From the NCBI GenBank assembly GCA_977020255.1, contig CDROCS010002597.1, positions 496,001 through 560,000 on the forward strand: a stretch of DNA of 64,000 bases, given 5' to 3'. This document shows positions 11,778 to 24,307 of this stretch, piece by piece; the stretch's first letter is position 1; each line of letters opens with the position of its first letter. Under the pieces are notes generated by a model. The model ran no database searches and was not told the DNA's origin. It worked only from the letters and a program-made list of their open reading frames with translations. The stretch comes from Obrimoposthia wandeli (taxonomy: Eukaryota). The translations under genes and the position numbers were made by a program.

Positions 11778-14549
11778 AGTACCACCTAAATAATAAATAT
11801 GTTATAGTTAAGGTGCCATTAGGAAATGAAATTTTATTAAACGTAGGTGTAGATTCAAATATTGAAAATCTTTTAAAATCAGAAGTGACTAAATTAGGAC
11901 AGGCTAAGGTTCAATTTTGCGCAACAGTGCAGTTTAAAAATGTCAATGAGGAAACTAAAACTTGGGTAATTTCACATAAAGCAACTGTTTTCTATGATAA
12001 TTTTGTAACTGAAATTGGAAGAAACCTGGATGAAAAAATTGCTAATTATAGCGAGTTAAGTAGTGGATGGACTCTAGTTAGAATTCACGATGTTAGCTTT
12101 GTTCTAACAAAGTTCACTGACATGATATATCTTTCGGGGAGTTCATACATTCCTTCACCTAGATCTCTTCAACTTTCACGTTCCATTGTTAACGTACAAA
12201 ACAGTGATAATCTTTGCTTTCTGTATAGCGTGTTGGCCATCCTCAAAAGGGATATAATTACTGAACATAGAGAGCGTGTCAGTAAATATACCCCTTTTTT
12301 AAATGAATTGCAGTATCATGGAATAGATTTTCCAGTTAAATTAACTGCGATATCAAAATTTGAACATCTTAATAACTTGAGTATTAATGTATTCAAATAT
12401 AATACTGATATCCCAGTTAATGTAACAGATGAAGAAATATTTAAAAATCCTTTTGTAGATGTAATTTATAAGAGCAAAAATGAGGGGACTCATGTCAACT
12501 TAATTTTGCTCAAACAGAATAATAAATTCCATTATGCTGCAATTCCCAGTTTAGATCGTCTTCTAAATTTAGATAATGGAGCCTTACCGGTTAGGATAAG
12601 GTGTAAGTGGTGTCATAGATGTTTGCATGGATTCCGATCCGAATTATCTTACAGCAAACATCTGACATTATGTTCACTGAATCCTGATGACAATACGCTA
12701 TATAGCATGCCTAAGGATAAGGATTTAAAATTCAGGGATTGGGCAAAATGCATACCCGTGGAATTCAGGGTGTATGCAGATTTTGAGTCAATTTTAGCAT
12801 TGCACGACCAGTATGAGAGTATTCACCTACCGGCTTCGGCAGGACTACTATTCTTAGGCCCCAATATTACCCAGTATCATAAATTTTCCGGTCCAAATTG
12901 TATTTTAGATTTTATGCTAAAATTATAGAGGAATTAGGAACAACAATTGTCAAACCGTGGTATGATCTCAATGCTCATCAAGCAATGATCATGACAGGCA
13001 TAGACTGGGTTAATTTTAATTCTTGTAGATTATGTTATTTGTGTGGAACCCATTCTAAGTTAGTCAGAGATCACGATCATGTTACGGGGCGATACTTGGG
13101 AGTGGCGTGCAACCTTTGTAACCTTGGCCGTCGTCTCGCTAAAAAACCACGCATTCCCATCGTGTTTCATAACCTTAAAGGATATGATTTGCATCATATA
13201 CTTAAATACGCGTTGGGTACATTAAGCTCTTGGGAAATTTCATGTATACCTCAAACTTCAGAGAAATATTTATCTTTAACTGCATATACTGAATCATCAT
13301 GTTGTCAAAAATCAATCCACGGAGATTCTGTACATCGATATTAATAATTTGTATGGGTGGGCGCTTACTCAACCTCTACCTCATGCCAACTTTAAGTGGG
13401 TTTATGATGTGGATCAGTTGAATAAGTTGATGACAGATTTGGCTACTGTTGATACAGTTTCATCCGACATCGGCTATTTGGTTGAGGTGGACATAAAAAT
13501 CCCTCCAAATGTGCATGATAAATTAGATGATCTTCCAGTAGCGCCTGTTCATCAATGCCTACCTAATTCAAAGGTTAAGAAATTATTGTTAACCCATGAA
13601 GACAAGTTGAATTATGTTGTGCATTGGCGGCTTCTTCAATTCTACTTAAAGTTGGGAGCGAAAGTTACTCGAATTCATCGTGCTATAAGCTTCAGTCAAA
13701 ACTTTGTGTTTAAAGACTATATTGAGAAGAATTCAAGAAAACGTAATTTGGCCACTAGCAAATTCTATCGAGATTTTTACAAGTAATAGTCTCTTTGGAA
13801 AAACTGTAGAGGACTTGCGGAAACGTATTTGTCTATGGTTTTGCAATGATGAGCGTAAACTAATAACATATACTAGCAAGTACAACTTCAAGCGTAGTTT
13901 TACAATTGCAGATGACTTGGTAGCAGTGTTATTAGGAAAACAGAGTATTTGTCTCGATCGACCGAGTTATATAGGTCAAACGGTTTTAGACATTTCTAAA
14001 CTCAGAATGTATGAGCTTCAATACATAGAATTGGAGAAATACCGACAAGAATTTAATTGTGAGATTAAAATCACAGCTGGGGACACTGACTCTTTCTTTT
14101 TAGAATGTAGGAATGTTAGTTTAAATAATCAATTATTACCAGCAATGTTTAGGGACAACTTACTAGATACCCATAAATATCCCGCTAACCATCCTCTACA
14201 CTCTATGAGTTTAAAGGACATTATCGGGAAATTTAAGGATGAAAGCGAGGGACAGGTTTCGTATGATGATTGTATTTTCCTACGCCCTAAATACTACAGT
14301 TTACATGCATCTAATAATACATGTTCAATGAGAGCAAAGGGTGTGGGAAGAAACAATCTTACACATGAGGCTTACCGGAAAGTTTATGATACTGGGTGTA
14401 TTGAAAGCGTTGAGCAAACTAGAATTATTTCAAGAGCCCATCAACTGTATTCCCATAAATCAACCAAAATCGCTTTGAGTAGTAATGACGACAAGTGCTT
14501 TTGGGTAGAAAAGAACGCTAGCCTGGTTTATGGACACTTCAGAATTTAA
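11753..14549 (+). pseudogene. polB: Protein-primed DNA polymerase B (pPolB) with inserted endonuclease VII-like domain; frameshifted and internally deleted
   Basis: SGW...GSSYIP...NVQNSDNLCF; VYADFES (ExoI); RDHDHVTGRYLGVACNLCN; YIDINNLYG; NSLFGKT; AGDTDS; frameshifts ~12910 and ~13785; segment between ExoII and motif A missing near 13290 relative to E4. Confidence 0.95.
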
Positions 14550-14824
14550 ACGGTTTTCATTTTTTGATTTTTTTAGTTTAGTTTTTTAAAATCTTAGATC
14601 CCTATGGCACCTAGACTCTAACTTATTTGTTATTTCAATGCTTTTTTAGGATGGACCTTATTTATTATGCCTTATCTTTGCTGACATATCTCATTGTGAT
14701 GTTGTGATTAAAAAATGTATTAAAAAAAATTGTCTTATGTCTTTTATTATTTTACCCTTATATTTTTAGAGATTTAAAAAATAATTCAAAATAAAACACT
14801 TAAAATTTTTATTTTTATAACACA

Positions 14825-15205
14825 CTAATTTTTTTGCAACGATAACCATAAAATACATAAATGTCCACAGTTTCTCGTCGCAGGATCCTGATATTGTATC
14901 TTGTTGTAAAATACTCTTCTTCGGCCTTTTTGAATAGTTGAAACAAGTTTGTGTGGATAATACATTGCAAGTGGATCAAATACATGTATTGTCCACTCTC
15001 TAACATAAATAGCTATCCAATGTTCTCCTGGTAAATTCGAAGTATGAGTATTGATAATGTAACCTCCAGATTGAAAAAATGGAATCATATCGATAGGATA
15101 AACTCCATTGAATTCATCACCCAGGACATTCTCTGCTGATTCTTTTACTTGTTTTGAACTAAATAAAAATTAATAAATATAAATTTAAAATATGTCTTAC
15201 TCCAT
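14825..15205 (-). CDS. Adenain-type (C5) maturation protease, two exons, apparently intact (112 aa)
   Basis: Exon 15201-15205 (ATGGA), 42-nt GT-AG intron 15159-15200, exon 14825-15158; gives MDSKQV...GEHW...FDPL...QDPATRNCG with catalytic H, D, Q, C. Confidence 0.9.
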
Positions 15206-15206
15206 T

Positions 15207-16436
15207 CTATAATATGACAGTTCTGTTTTTATTGATTTGTATTTCCGAATCAAATACTCCGTAAATAAGCACCGTAGTAGGATGTGTTAAAGCTGCATTG
15301 AACTTAATTTCTAGTCGTAAATTTCCATCTTTTGGTAGTTGGCATTGGTTTATATCAAAGTCTTGTGCCAAAACAAATGTGAAGAACAGGCAGCTACTTT
15401 TAAACTCAGTGAAAGAAATACCATTGTTTATATTTTTATCTAGTTGACCCAAATTCCGAATAATAGATTGGGTATAAGCCAAAGCATAAGCGTTACCTTC
15501 GAAATCTGTTTTATATGTTTCACGATAATCAGTATTTCTTGAAAGTGTCACTGAACCAACATTAAGATTGTCAAATTGAGTTGCATCTGTCGTATAATTT
15601 CCTAGAAACTTTGCAATTTTTTGAAAAGAAATTAAAATGAATTTCGGTAATCTTACATCACCAAAAATGTAATCCTTATTAAAAGCTTGTGTACCCGTAC
15701 CTAAAGAATAGGATATAAGTTTAGTTTCTCTAATAGGATAACAAGCATTGTTTTTTTCCATTCCAATATTATGTGCCATTAAAACTGATTGCTCAGTTTT
15801 AACTCTTCGGACATACAATTTTGCATCCAAAATATCAAGTCTAGGTTTTAGAACGTCTGTGCTTATCAAAGAAAATTTTCATTTATTACGTTTCAAACGA
15901 AGATGTACATTAACACCGGGAATTAAATATTTCGGTTGTTCAAAGAAATTCAATCTCCAAGACCCACACATTTTGTAAGCTTTAGAACCCGAAATCCATT
16001 CTTTGCGAGTTGCGACCGTTTTATCATAACCAATGGTTGCCAAATTAGTATTTTGAGTATCAGTGCTATAATGCAATAGACTTCCAATCAAAACTTTATG
16101 AGCATAGGAAGAATTTCCACCTTCAATTTTGACATTATTAAGAGTAACAATCGCATCACTAAATAAAAAATTAAAAAGATACTTTACAGGTGTTACATCG
16201 GCATTTTCCTCTAAATTAGTACCATCTCGATTTAATACTTTTATTTGAAAATAAAGCAAAGTATCATTCAAATCTAAATACTGGCTATTGGAAACATTAA
16301 TATTAAATTCTAAATCAGTTAAAGTGATTCCTGAAACTGAGTTAACTAGAAATATTTCCTCAAAGGAAGCATTATCTACAACTACTTGTGGAAGTGGTTT
16401 ATCAAAAATACACAATTCAGTTTTGGTGCAACTCAT
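15207..16436 (-). pseudogene. Double-jelly-roll major capsid protein (Polinton PY/hexon-like)
   Basis: MSCTKTELCIFDKP...LIPGVNVHLRLKRNK*KFSL...LYVRRVK...LPKFILISF...GNLRLEIKF; the two listed ORFs are in frame across one TGA at 15879-15881. Confidence 0.9.
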
Positions 16437-16810
16437 TTTGAAAATATTGTTCCTTCAACTGTCTTACGTTTGTTTATATAAATTTTTTACTTCTTTTTAC
16501 GTTTAAATCCACAACCTTCTTGTCTTTCATTTGATATACCTTTTCTAATCGATTTAGCAACTTCAGGTAAAACATTATCAAGTTCATTAAATGCATGCTT
16601 CTTAAAAGTTGGAATTAGATTATTGTCCATAGATGAAGGGTAGTCCTTTCTTAATTTTGATATAAATCGCCCGAGTCTCTTTAAAAGAGGAAAGGTAAAT
16701 CTACCTAATGTTCTAAGCCAGCCAGATCCTTATTGTTTACCAACAAAATATGGTAATTCTCCACCTTGTTGGCTTTGACTATAAGCTTCAATTATTGCTG
16801 GATTCACCAT
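16437..16810 (-). pseudogene. PZ-like core/membrane-active protein with QxGG/QxGxG adenain-type sites
   Basis: MVNPAIIEAYSQSQQGGELPYFVGKQ*GSGWLRTLGRFTFPLLKRLG; homolog in E4. Confidence 0.7.
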
Positions 16811-17851
16811 TTTGTTTTCTTAAATGTATTGTTAAACTTGTCTTGGCCCCGTACGTGAAATCTATTAGTTTTCCGGAATCATCTCTAATATTTACTTCAA
16901 TATTGTTTATAGAAAAGAGAGAAACTGGAAGATACAATGGTTGATCTATACACATACCGACAGCGTCCCCATCTCTAGTTTCATTTTTAGATATCCATAT
17001 TGTTCTCAAAAGTGGAACTCGCTGTCCTCCTACAAGCGTTGGTTCTATTAAATTAGTATAAATATATAAATGATTAACAGCATTTAAAAGTTTTGCCTTA
17101 TTTTTAACTTTTATGGTTTTTATTGTATGGGTTTCAAAGGTATTTCTAATTAAACCAAGGTTTTTAGCGAGTTTATCATCAAATAAAACTCGTATTATAT
17201 TGCTCTTTACTGAAAACGTTATTTTACCATTTTTTAATGTTACACATTTATCGAAATATTCGCTACATTCCTTCTGTATTAATTTACAGAAATTCACTTC
17301 ACTATCTAATTTATAATCTTTTGAAAAAATTTTCAGTTCCACTACATACTTTGGTCTCGTTTCAACTAAAAACACTCTGTTACTCTATCAGGAACATTTT
17401 AAACCGATTTAGATGAGGCTATATCAGATCTCTTCATACCTACTACATGTCCACTGTCAAACCCGAATTGAAGAGCTTCTTTTTCAGATGCGAATATAAT
17501 TTGAATAGGTTTTGAAAACTGTTTTAGTCGATTTTTAAATCTGACTTTATTTTTTTCATATATTACTTTCACTTCTTTATCTATACAATTGTAATAGAAT
17601 TTTCCATTACTATCAAACCCAATCACAACTTCAATTGATTTTTCATGATCAACTTCTTTTGTAAACGAAATATGTGAGTTTTTTCTGATAGTAATTGGAG
17701 AATAATAAAAGGAAAATTCTGTTAATGCCGCTTCCCATTCTCCTTGGAGATTTATAGGATTTTCCCAATCGATAATAAAGCTACTAGCGTAATTATCTGG
17801 TTGAGTCTTCTGACATCCGTTACTAGGTAAAACCATATACATAGACTTCAT
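16788..17851 (-). pseudogene. Minor capsid protein (penton, Polinton PX)
   Basis: N-terminal YMVLPSN...F...L.GEWEAALTEF and C-terminal HLYIYTNLIEPTLVGGQRVPLLR...NNIEVNIRDDSG; frameshift ~17380. Confidence 0.85.
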
Positions 17852-18265
17852 ATTATATTAGATGCTGATATCCAAGTTGGATCTGAATAACCATGCCATT
17901 TAATGCCTTTTAATATTTCTTTAATGGCTTCAAGCATATCTATTGAAGACTTTGCTTTAACTGGAATTGCACGAGCAAACCAGCTAAATACATCAATACA
18001 TGTTAAAATATATCGATATCCCTTATTAATGGAAGAATATGGGATCATCTCCATCAAATCCATTTGCCATAAATTATTAGGACCGCTGGTTTAGTAAGCT
18101 CTAGTTGGAAACCTTCTTCTCATCGGCTTGTTCAGACTGTAGGCTAACTGGTTGCTCAGCCATTTCTGCGTTTTCTTGTATTTTTGTTTTGTTCTTTTTG
18201 CTAATTTTGAAACTCCAGTGTAGCCAATTGGATCTTTTGGGTTGAACCATATCTTCTCCATTACA
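17840..18265 (-). pseudogene. Retroviral-type (rve) integrase, copy 1, central core deleted
   Basis: WFNPKDPIGYTG...AYSLNKPMRRRFP...WQMDLMEM...YILTCIDVFS joined directly to the chromodomain end IKWHGYSDPTW. Confidence 0.85.
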
Positions 18266-18347
18266 ACAATTTGAATAGAAAGATAATTTAAATTTAGGTA
18301 AAGAAGGGTTAGCACCCATATCTTTAACTGATTTTAGAAATAATTGT

Positions 18348-18686
18348 TTATGAACGTGTCGCAGCTATAATACTACTGATAATTGAAGCAACAACTGGAA
18401 TAACAGCCCCTATGAAACCACCATTCTGTTTAAGAATAATATTTCGTTTCCTTTTTTTACCTTTTACATTAGCAATATCTAGAAGAGTTTTTCTATATTT
18501 CTTTAATATATTTTTCCGATTTCCAACTTTTACTCGACCCAAAACTATATTATACAAAACTTCCAATAAATCATCTACAACAAAAGATGAAAATGCTTTA
18601 AGAATAATCATTCTCTTATGAGGCTTTGATTATAAGGCTTTGACTAAAGCTTTAAAATAGGGTATGCTTCTTTGTATTTTCTTCAT
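18348..18686 (-). pseudogene. PW-like Polinton core protein
   Basis: Basic protein ending KRNIILKQNGGFIGAVIPVVASII; one upstream in-frame stop. Confidence 0.65.
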
Positions 18687-18875
18687 TTTAATAAAAAAAA
18701 GGTTCAATTTAAATATTGTTTATAATCGAAGCCATTTAAGGTTTCTTTTATTTCTAACTACAGATATGATTAATTTATTCACTTCTTTTTTTTCTTAATG
18801 ATTATTTTTTTTGATTTCTTAGACTTTACTTTACGTTTACGTTTCACTATCAACTTCTTAAAAGGCATTGCAAAT

Positions 18876-19495
18876 TTATTTTTTATAATTGTTCTCTATT
18901 TGTTTAAAATCAGTTACTCCCTTAGAATAAAATATGTCTGTTAAAACACGTAAATCATCTGGGCAAGCTTGTATAAAGTCAATAAATATATACCCATGTG
19001 CTTGTTTAGCAGCATCATGGAATGAATCAACTAGAAAGTTATTATTTTGGGGGAATGCTTGTCTGGCTACAAAATCTACAACTGTAAGATTTCTTGTTCT
19101 ATGGTGACCTCCTTGGTGAAAAAAAATTTGAGTGATAAATATAACTGTTACTTCACGATGTCTTGCAATCTTTGTAAATAAATTATTAAAGTCCGATTCC
19201 TTGTTAGCTTCCTGATACAAATCATCAATTATAACATCTTATTTTTTCAATCTTTTACACCAATTTGCATCAAATCTTTCAATAAATTTTATTCCCTTCA
19301 ACTTGCAAACTTCTGTTTTGGTTAATCCGCTTACCACTCCTCAACCATGATGCCAATAAATATTTTTGAAACTAGAATTGTAAAGAGAATCATTTTGCAA
19401 AAATTTACATACGAAATGTGTCTTTCCACTTCCACTGGGACCAACTAATTGAAATACAGCATTATTATTTAGCTCCATTACATATATTCTTTCAT
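18876..19495 (-). pseudogene. A32/FtsK-like packaging ATPase, copy 1
   Basis: Walker A GPSGSGKT (~19410-19445), IIDDLY, RHREVTVIFITQ, HGYIFIDF; frameshifted. Confidence 0.9.
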
Positions 19496-19795
19496 TTTAA
19501 TATTGTTTATATTATCATAGAAGTTTCCTTATTGAAATGTACAATGTTAGAGCTATTGTAGATGAAATACAAAAATTAATTAATGAATATTTGGCTATAA
19601 TTTTATTTATTTGTGTTCGATTTCTAAATTCTCGAATAACGTGTGATCTAACCAATATTATCTCTTGTTATGTCATTATATTTTAATTCTTATAAAATTT
19701 GTTTACCCTTAATTTTTTTTTCATCGATATTTCATCGACAAGACGATCCACTTCATTGTTTGTATTTATAGTATTATTCATTGGAAACAATAGGT

Positions 19796-20310
19796 TTAAA
19801 CGGGTTTGTTTATAGAAAAAGATAACAATATGTAATAAGATATATTTTCAAAAATCAAATCAACAATGTCTGGATAATCAAAGTTTTCCAATCCCAATAT
19901 CATAACTTTACCACTGGAAAATATATTTACACAAAGCGGTTTAAACTTCAAATAACTGATAGCAAAAAAAAATTCTGGTTCAAACATGCATTCTTCTTTC
20001 ATTTTCTCTGCAATTTTATATAGATTTATTTGTTTCCCGAGATTAGTCGAAATTGTGATTGATTGTATTGCAGTGATTCGAATTCCAAATGTAAATTGAT
20101 CTCAAGCAAAGGTATTTTGCATCTCATAACACGACAACTTCCTAAAAGAATTCAATATGAAAATAAAATAAAAAACTAACCTGTGAGAAAAATAACAACT
20201 GTGAAATTGTCAAACCTTTTCACATATTGTCTCGGCTTCCATTCATTGAATGGTAAGTACGAAACATCATTTTCTATTCTACCTTTATAATTAATATTTA
20301 CGAGTTTCAT
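19796..20310 (-). pseudogene. TATA-binding-protein-like gene, copy 1 (two exons)
   Basis: 39-nt intron 20142-20180 gives VVIFLTG|SCRVM; second repeat IQSITISTNLGKQINL...FEPEFFFAISY...PLCVNIFSSGKVMILG; one frameshift ~20090. Confidence 0.75.
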
Positions 20311-20560
20311 TTTACTAAAATTGTATTCTGTAAATTCTTCTTTATATATTTCTGAACCTGCTTTTGTACTGCACATTTCTTGTAATTATCTCGCAAACCT
20401 ATTATAATTTGATGATATATTTCTTCCAATCAATTTTGAATTTTAATATGGATTTAGCCTAATCAAATTCAATGCTTTAGTTATATTAACCAATGAGATT
20501 CATGTCTTTGTTAGAAATTAGTATAAAAGAATGCGTTATTGGAGGACAAATCACAATAAA

Positions 20561-21040
20561 TGCATTCATATCAAAGACAATTATCAATGATGGACGATAG
20601 CCAACGGATATTAAGCGGTGACGAAGATTTAGAAATGTTTGAATAATCGGATAGGGATATGTATGAATAAGTGAAACAATATTTCAAATACAAAGTCAGA
20701 TGCTTGAAGAAGACTCAACTGATTGCTTTAATAAATCCTGTGAAAATTGAAAGAAAAAAGTTCAACTATTATCTATCAAATATTCAAAAACCAGATTTTC
20801 AATATCTTAAACAGAAAGTTGAAAATACAGTTCTAAATATCACTTTCAATAAGAACGAATTTTTTATCCGAGGAGCCGATGCAGCATTTCTAGATGACTA
20901 TTGAAGAGAAATAGATGTTGATGCGTTTCCGAAAAAGAAGCAATGGACTGTAACAATTCGACTTTATGGTTACAAAAAAGATGAAATGGGAACAAAGTTG
21001 CCTATGTGGAAAATTGAACGTGCTCATATTCCTATGTTTT
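20561..21040 (+). pseudogene. Unknown Polinton accessory protein; homolog at ~26280-26700
   Basis: FFIRGADAAF...TIRLYGYKK...LPMWKI; several in-frame stops. Confidence 0.55.
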
Positions 21041-21171
21041 AACTTTTTTCTTTCATTTTGTATGTAATAAATTGTAAACGGTATTATTCATTTTTACTAT
21101 GTTTCTTTCATTTGGCAATTAATAATCAGTTTTATTTTTTTCATAATATTTGTATCTTATATGTATTTTTT

Positions 21172-22070
21172 TTATAAACATTGTTTTATATTCAGTTTCC
21201 TTATTTTAAAATGGATCTTCTTCTGAGATATGTATGAAATTTTTATTATCCACTTAACTCGATATTGTTTATACTTTCCTCGCTTTTTTGTCTCTAAGAT
21301 TTCCAGAATTCTATATACATTCGGTTTCTCAGATAACATTTGTAATTCCTCATGATAAAATTTACCTGTGATTTCATTATTGGTTTCATCTTCAATGCAA
21401 TACATTACTGAACCATGTTTAGTATCAATTTTAGCTATACAAAATACTTCATCACTCCAATTCTCTTTTAAATTCTTTGTAAAAGAAGTTGCACTAATTT
21501 GAGAAATACGCACATAATCCCCAATTTTATACTTGGGTTTCTTTACAACTTTACTTTGATTAGGACGTTGCAACTAAGGCGATTTTTTATTGAGAAAACA
21601 CTGAATAATGATTAATGTCATGTTTTTTCAATAAAGTACTGACATGTTTATTATAAAACTTCTTTCCACTATCTGTTTGGAAATTAAATGGTTTAATTTC
21701 TTTGATCATTTGCTTCATTTCCTCTAAAACATCAGTACCGGATTTAGATTTTAGAGGAATAACTCACGCATATCTACTAAAGACATCAACACAAGTTAAA
21801 ATATATCTATATCCATCGTTAATACTTGCATACGTTGCAATGGTCATCCATCAAATCTGCTTACCATAAATCATTCGGGTCGCTTGTTTTGTATGATCTT
21901 GTTAGGAAGCGACGTCTCATAGGTTTGTTTAAGCTGTAAGCTAATTGATTTCTCAACCACGTCTGAGTTTCCTTTTCCTCTTTCTTTGCCTCTATTTTGT
22001 CAATTTTTAAAGAAACTCCTGTATAACCAAAGGGATGACTTGGATCGAACCATATTTTCTCAATTACAAT
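21172..22070 (-). pseudogene. rve integrase with C-terminal chromodomain, copy 2
   Basis: YILTCVDVFSRY, FQTDSGKEF, YKIGDYVRIS...NWSDEVF...GKFYHEELQ...YRVKW; frameshifts and stops. Confidence 0.85.
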
Positions 22071-22149
22071 AAGACGATTTTATTCTTTTATTTAATTTAG
22101 GAATAGTTGGAAGTGATTTCATAAAAAAGTCATATTTTTGATTCACATT

Positions 22150-22330
22150 AATGTTTATAATCATCGTTTGATTAGTCTGCTAGCAAGTGTACTAACTATC
22201 GAACTAACAATTGGTACTAGAAATCCTAAAAATCCTCCACTTTGCTTGTTTAGTGACTTACGTTTACCGACTCGTGTCTTAAAAAGCAAGTAGAGGCTTC
22301 TTATGTTGATTCATTTTAATCTTAATATAT
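22150..22330 (-). pseudogene. PW-like core protein fragment, copy 2
   Basis: LNKQSGGFLGFLVPIVSSIVS. Confidence 0.55.
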
Positions 22331-22619
22331 ACTTTACCAGAAACTATTTTCTGTACCATATTAAGTAAATCATTTATTACAAAAGTAGGGAATGATTTAA
22401 GAATATTTGGACGATGAATAGTAGGTGCACGCATAAGAGAAGTGAAATATGCGATACTTTTAGACTTTTTATTACGACCAACTGTTTTTCTTTCTTATTT
22501 GATTTTTGAGCAACCTTTTTCCTTGCACTTAAAACCAATTTAATCAATTTCTAGACTTCAGGTGTAATTTTTTTTTATACCTTTTTAAAAGTCATCTTCG
22601 AGAAACCGTTTTTTTGATT

Positions 22620-23230
22620 GATCATAGTTGGTAATACCAGATGGATTGAATATATTGAATTTAACTCTTAGGTCATCAGAACAATCTTGGATAAAATCAA
22701 TAAACATTTAGCCTTGAGGAACAGTAGTTGCATCTTGAAATGCATAAATTAGGTAATTTCTATTATTCGGGAAAGCTTGCCTTGCAACAAAATCAATAGC
22801 AATCAGCTCACATGGATTCTTGAAGAGAACAAGGTAAGGTACATTTAAATTATGAGTTCTGTGATTCCCACCCTGCTGAAATAGATTTTGTGTGATGAAA
22901 ATAACAGTTATTTCACGATGTCTTACTATTTTAGTGAATAAATTATTGAAATCACTATCTTTATTTGCTTTTTGATACAAGTCAGCAATAACAATAACAT
23001 CATGTCGCTGTAATCGCTTGGATCAATTATTGTCAAATCTATTAATGACTTATATATTTTTGATTTTCTTAAACTCTTTACTAGTCAAACCTGCTTCTCC
23101 ACCTTCTCCCTGATGCCAATCTATCTTATTAAACTTAAATCTAAAGTATTTATTATTTTGTAGCAACTTGCAAATAAAAAGAGTTTTCCAGCTACCACTA
23201 GGCACTAGAATTTGAAAATCCTGAATTATC
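22620..23230 (-). pseudogene. A32-like packaging ATPase, copy 2
   Basis: LYQKANKDSDFNNLFTKIVRHREITVIFITQNLF...YLVLFKNP; closely similar to copy 1. Confidence 0.85.
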
Positions 23231-24307
23231 TTTTAATTCCATATTAAAAATATTAGTGTTGGAATAATGTTTATAAGACAAAGTTATTTTAAATATTTTA
23301 TTACTATATATCCAAAAACAAACAATAAAAGGCTCTTCTGGAACATGCTCTCTTCTTTCTTCTTATTGTAGCCCATAATGAGGCGATCGACAGCCTTGTT
23401 GTAGATCATTCTTCTTAAATGCTCTTCTAGAGGCAGATCCGTTGCTTCGATGAGTCTCAAGACATCTTCTTCTATAAGATATTTTTATATAACTAATTCA
23501 ACTGTTTAGATACTATACAACTAAAATCTGATTGGATGCTGAAAGACTCATAAAGAATACAATTTATATATTATAATGATTAAAAATACGTATTTGAATA
23601 AACATAGTTTCATTAGGTGCAGCAATACTACTTTTAGCATTAACAAGGTTGGAAGCAGTGCTAACAGCCATTGAAAGAGATAAAAATGCAATAACAATAC
23701 AAACAGCATGTAAACTTACATAATGACCACATACTAAAACTTTCCAGCCATTTTTGATAGTTTCTTTAATTATATTTTTAGTCTATTTATAACATTGGAA
23801 TATTGTTTCTCCTAATTTCGTATTTACAAAGATAGACGTATACTTTAATTTCTTATAAGATATCTTATCTACCATATATGTAATAATGACGTGGGTGAAT
23901 TTTGATTTCAGAAGCTCAGTTTCATCAATCCCATATCAATAATTTCCAATTTATAATTGATTTACTAAAATCTCATTCATTGGAGTTCTGTTTAATCTTT
24001 CCGCACTAAGTTGACTATATATATAGCTCTAAACAAACTATCAAAAAGGTGAGTCATATGATTATTTTATATTCTGAAAGCAGGAGCTATTATTGATTCC
24101 ATAAAAGCCAAAGCATTTAAGAAATCTGATCGTTTGTTTTTTTCTTCAATAAGTGTTTTCACTTCTTCAATAGTTTCTTCTCTTCTCATTATTGCTTCAT
24201 GTTTCATTTTTCATCGCTGCTGGTTCATTAAGTTTATCCATTGATTGATAAATTTAAAGCTATAAGATTATTGTTTATTAATCAGAAAAGAAAAAGAAAT
24301 CTATTTT

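Larger units (their letters stand above)
6101..21100. mobile_element. Polinton/Maverick (adintovirus-like) element E1, degraded
   Basis: Begins AGTAGGTGGATGTGTCC; contains pPolB, adenain, MCP, PZ-like, penton, integrase, PW-like and ATPase genes; right boundary not defined. Confidence 0.9.
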
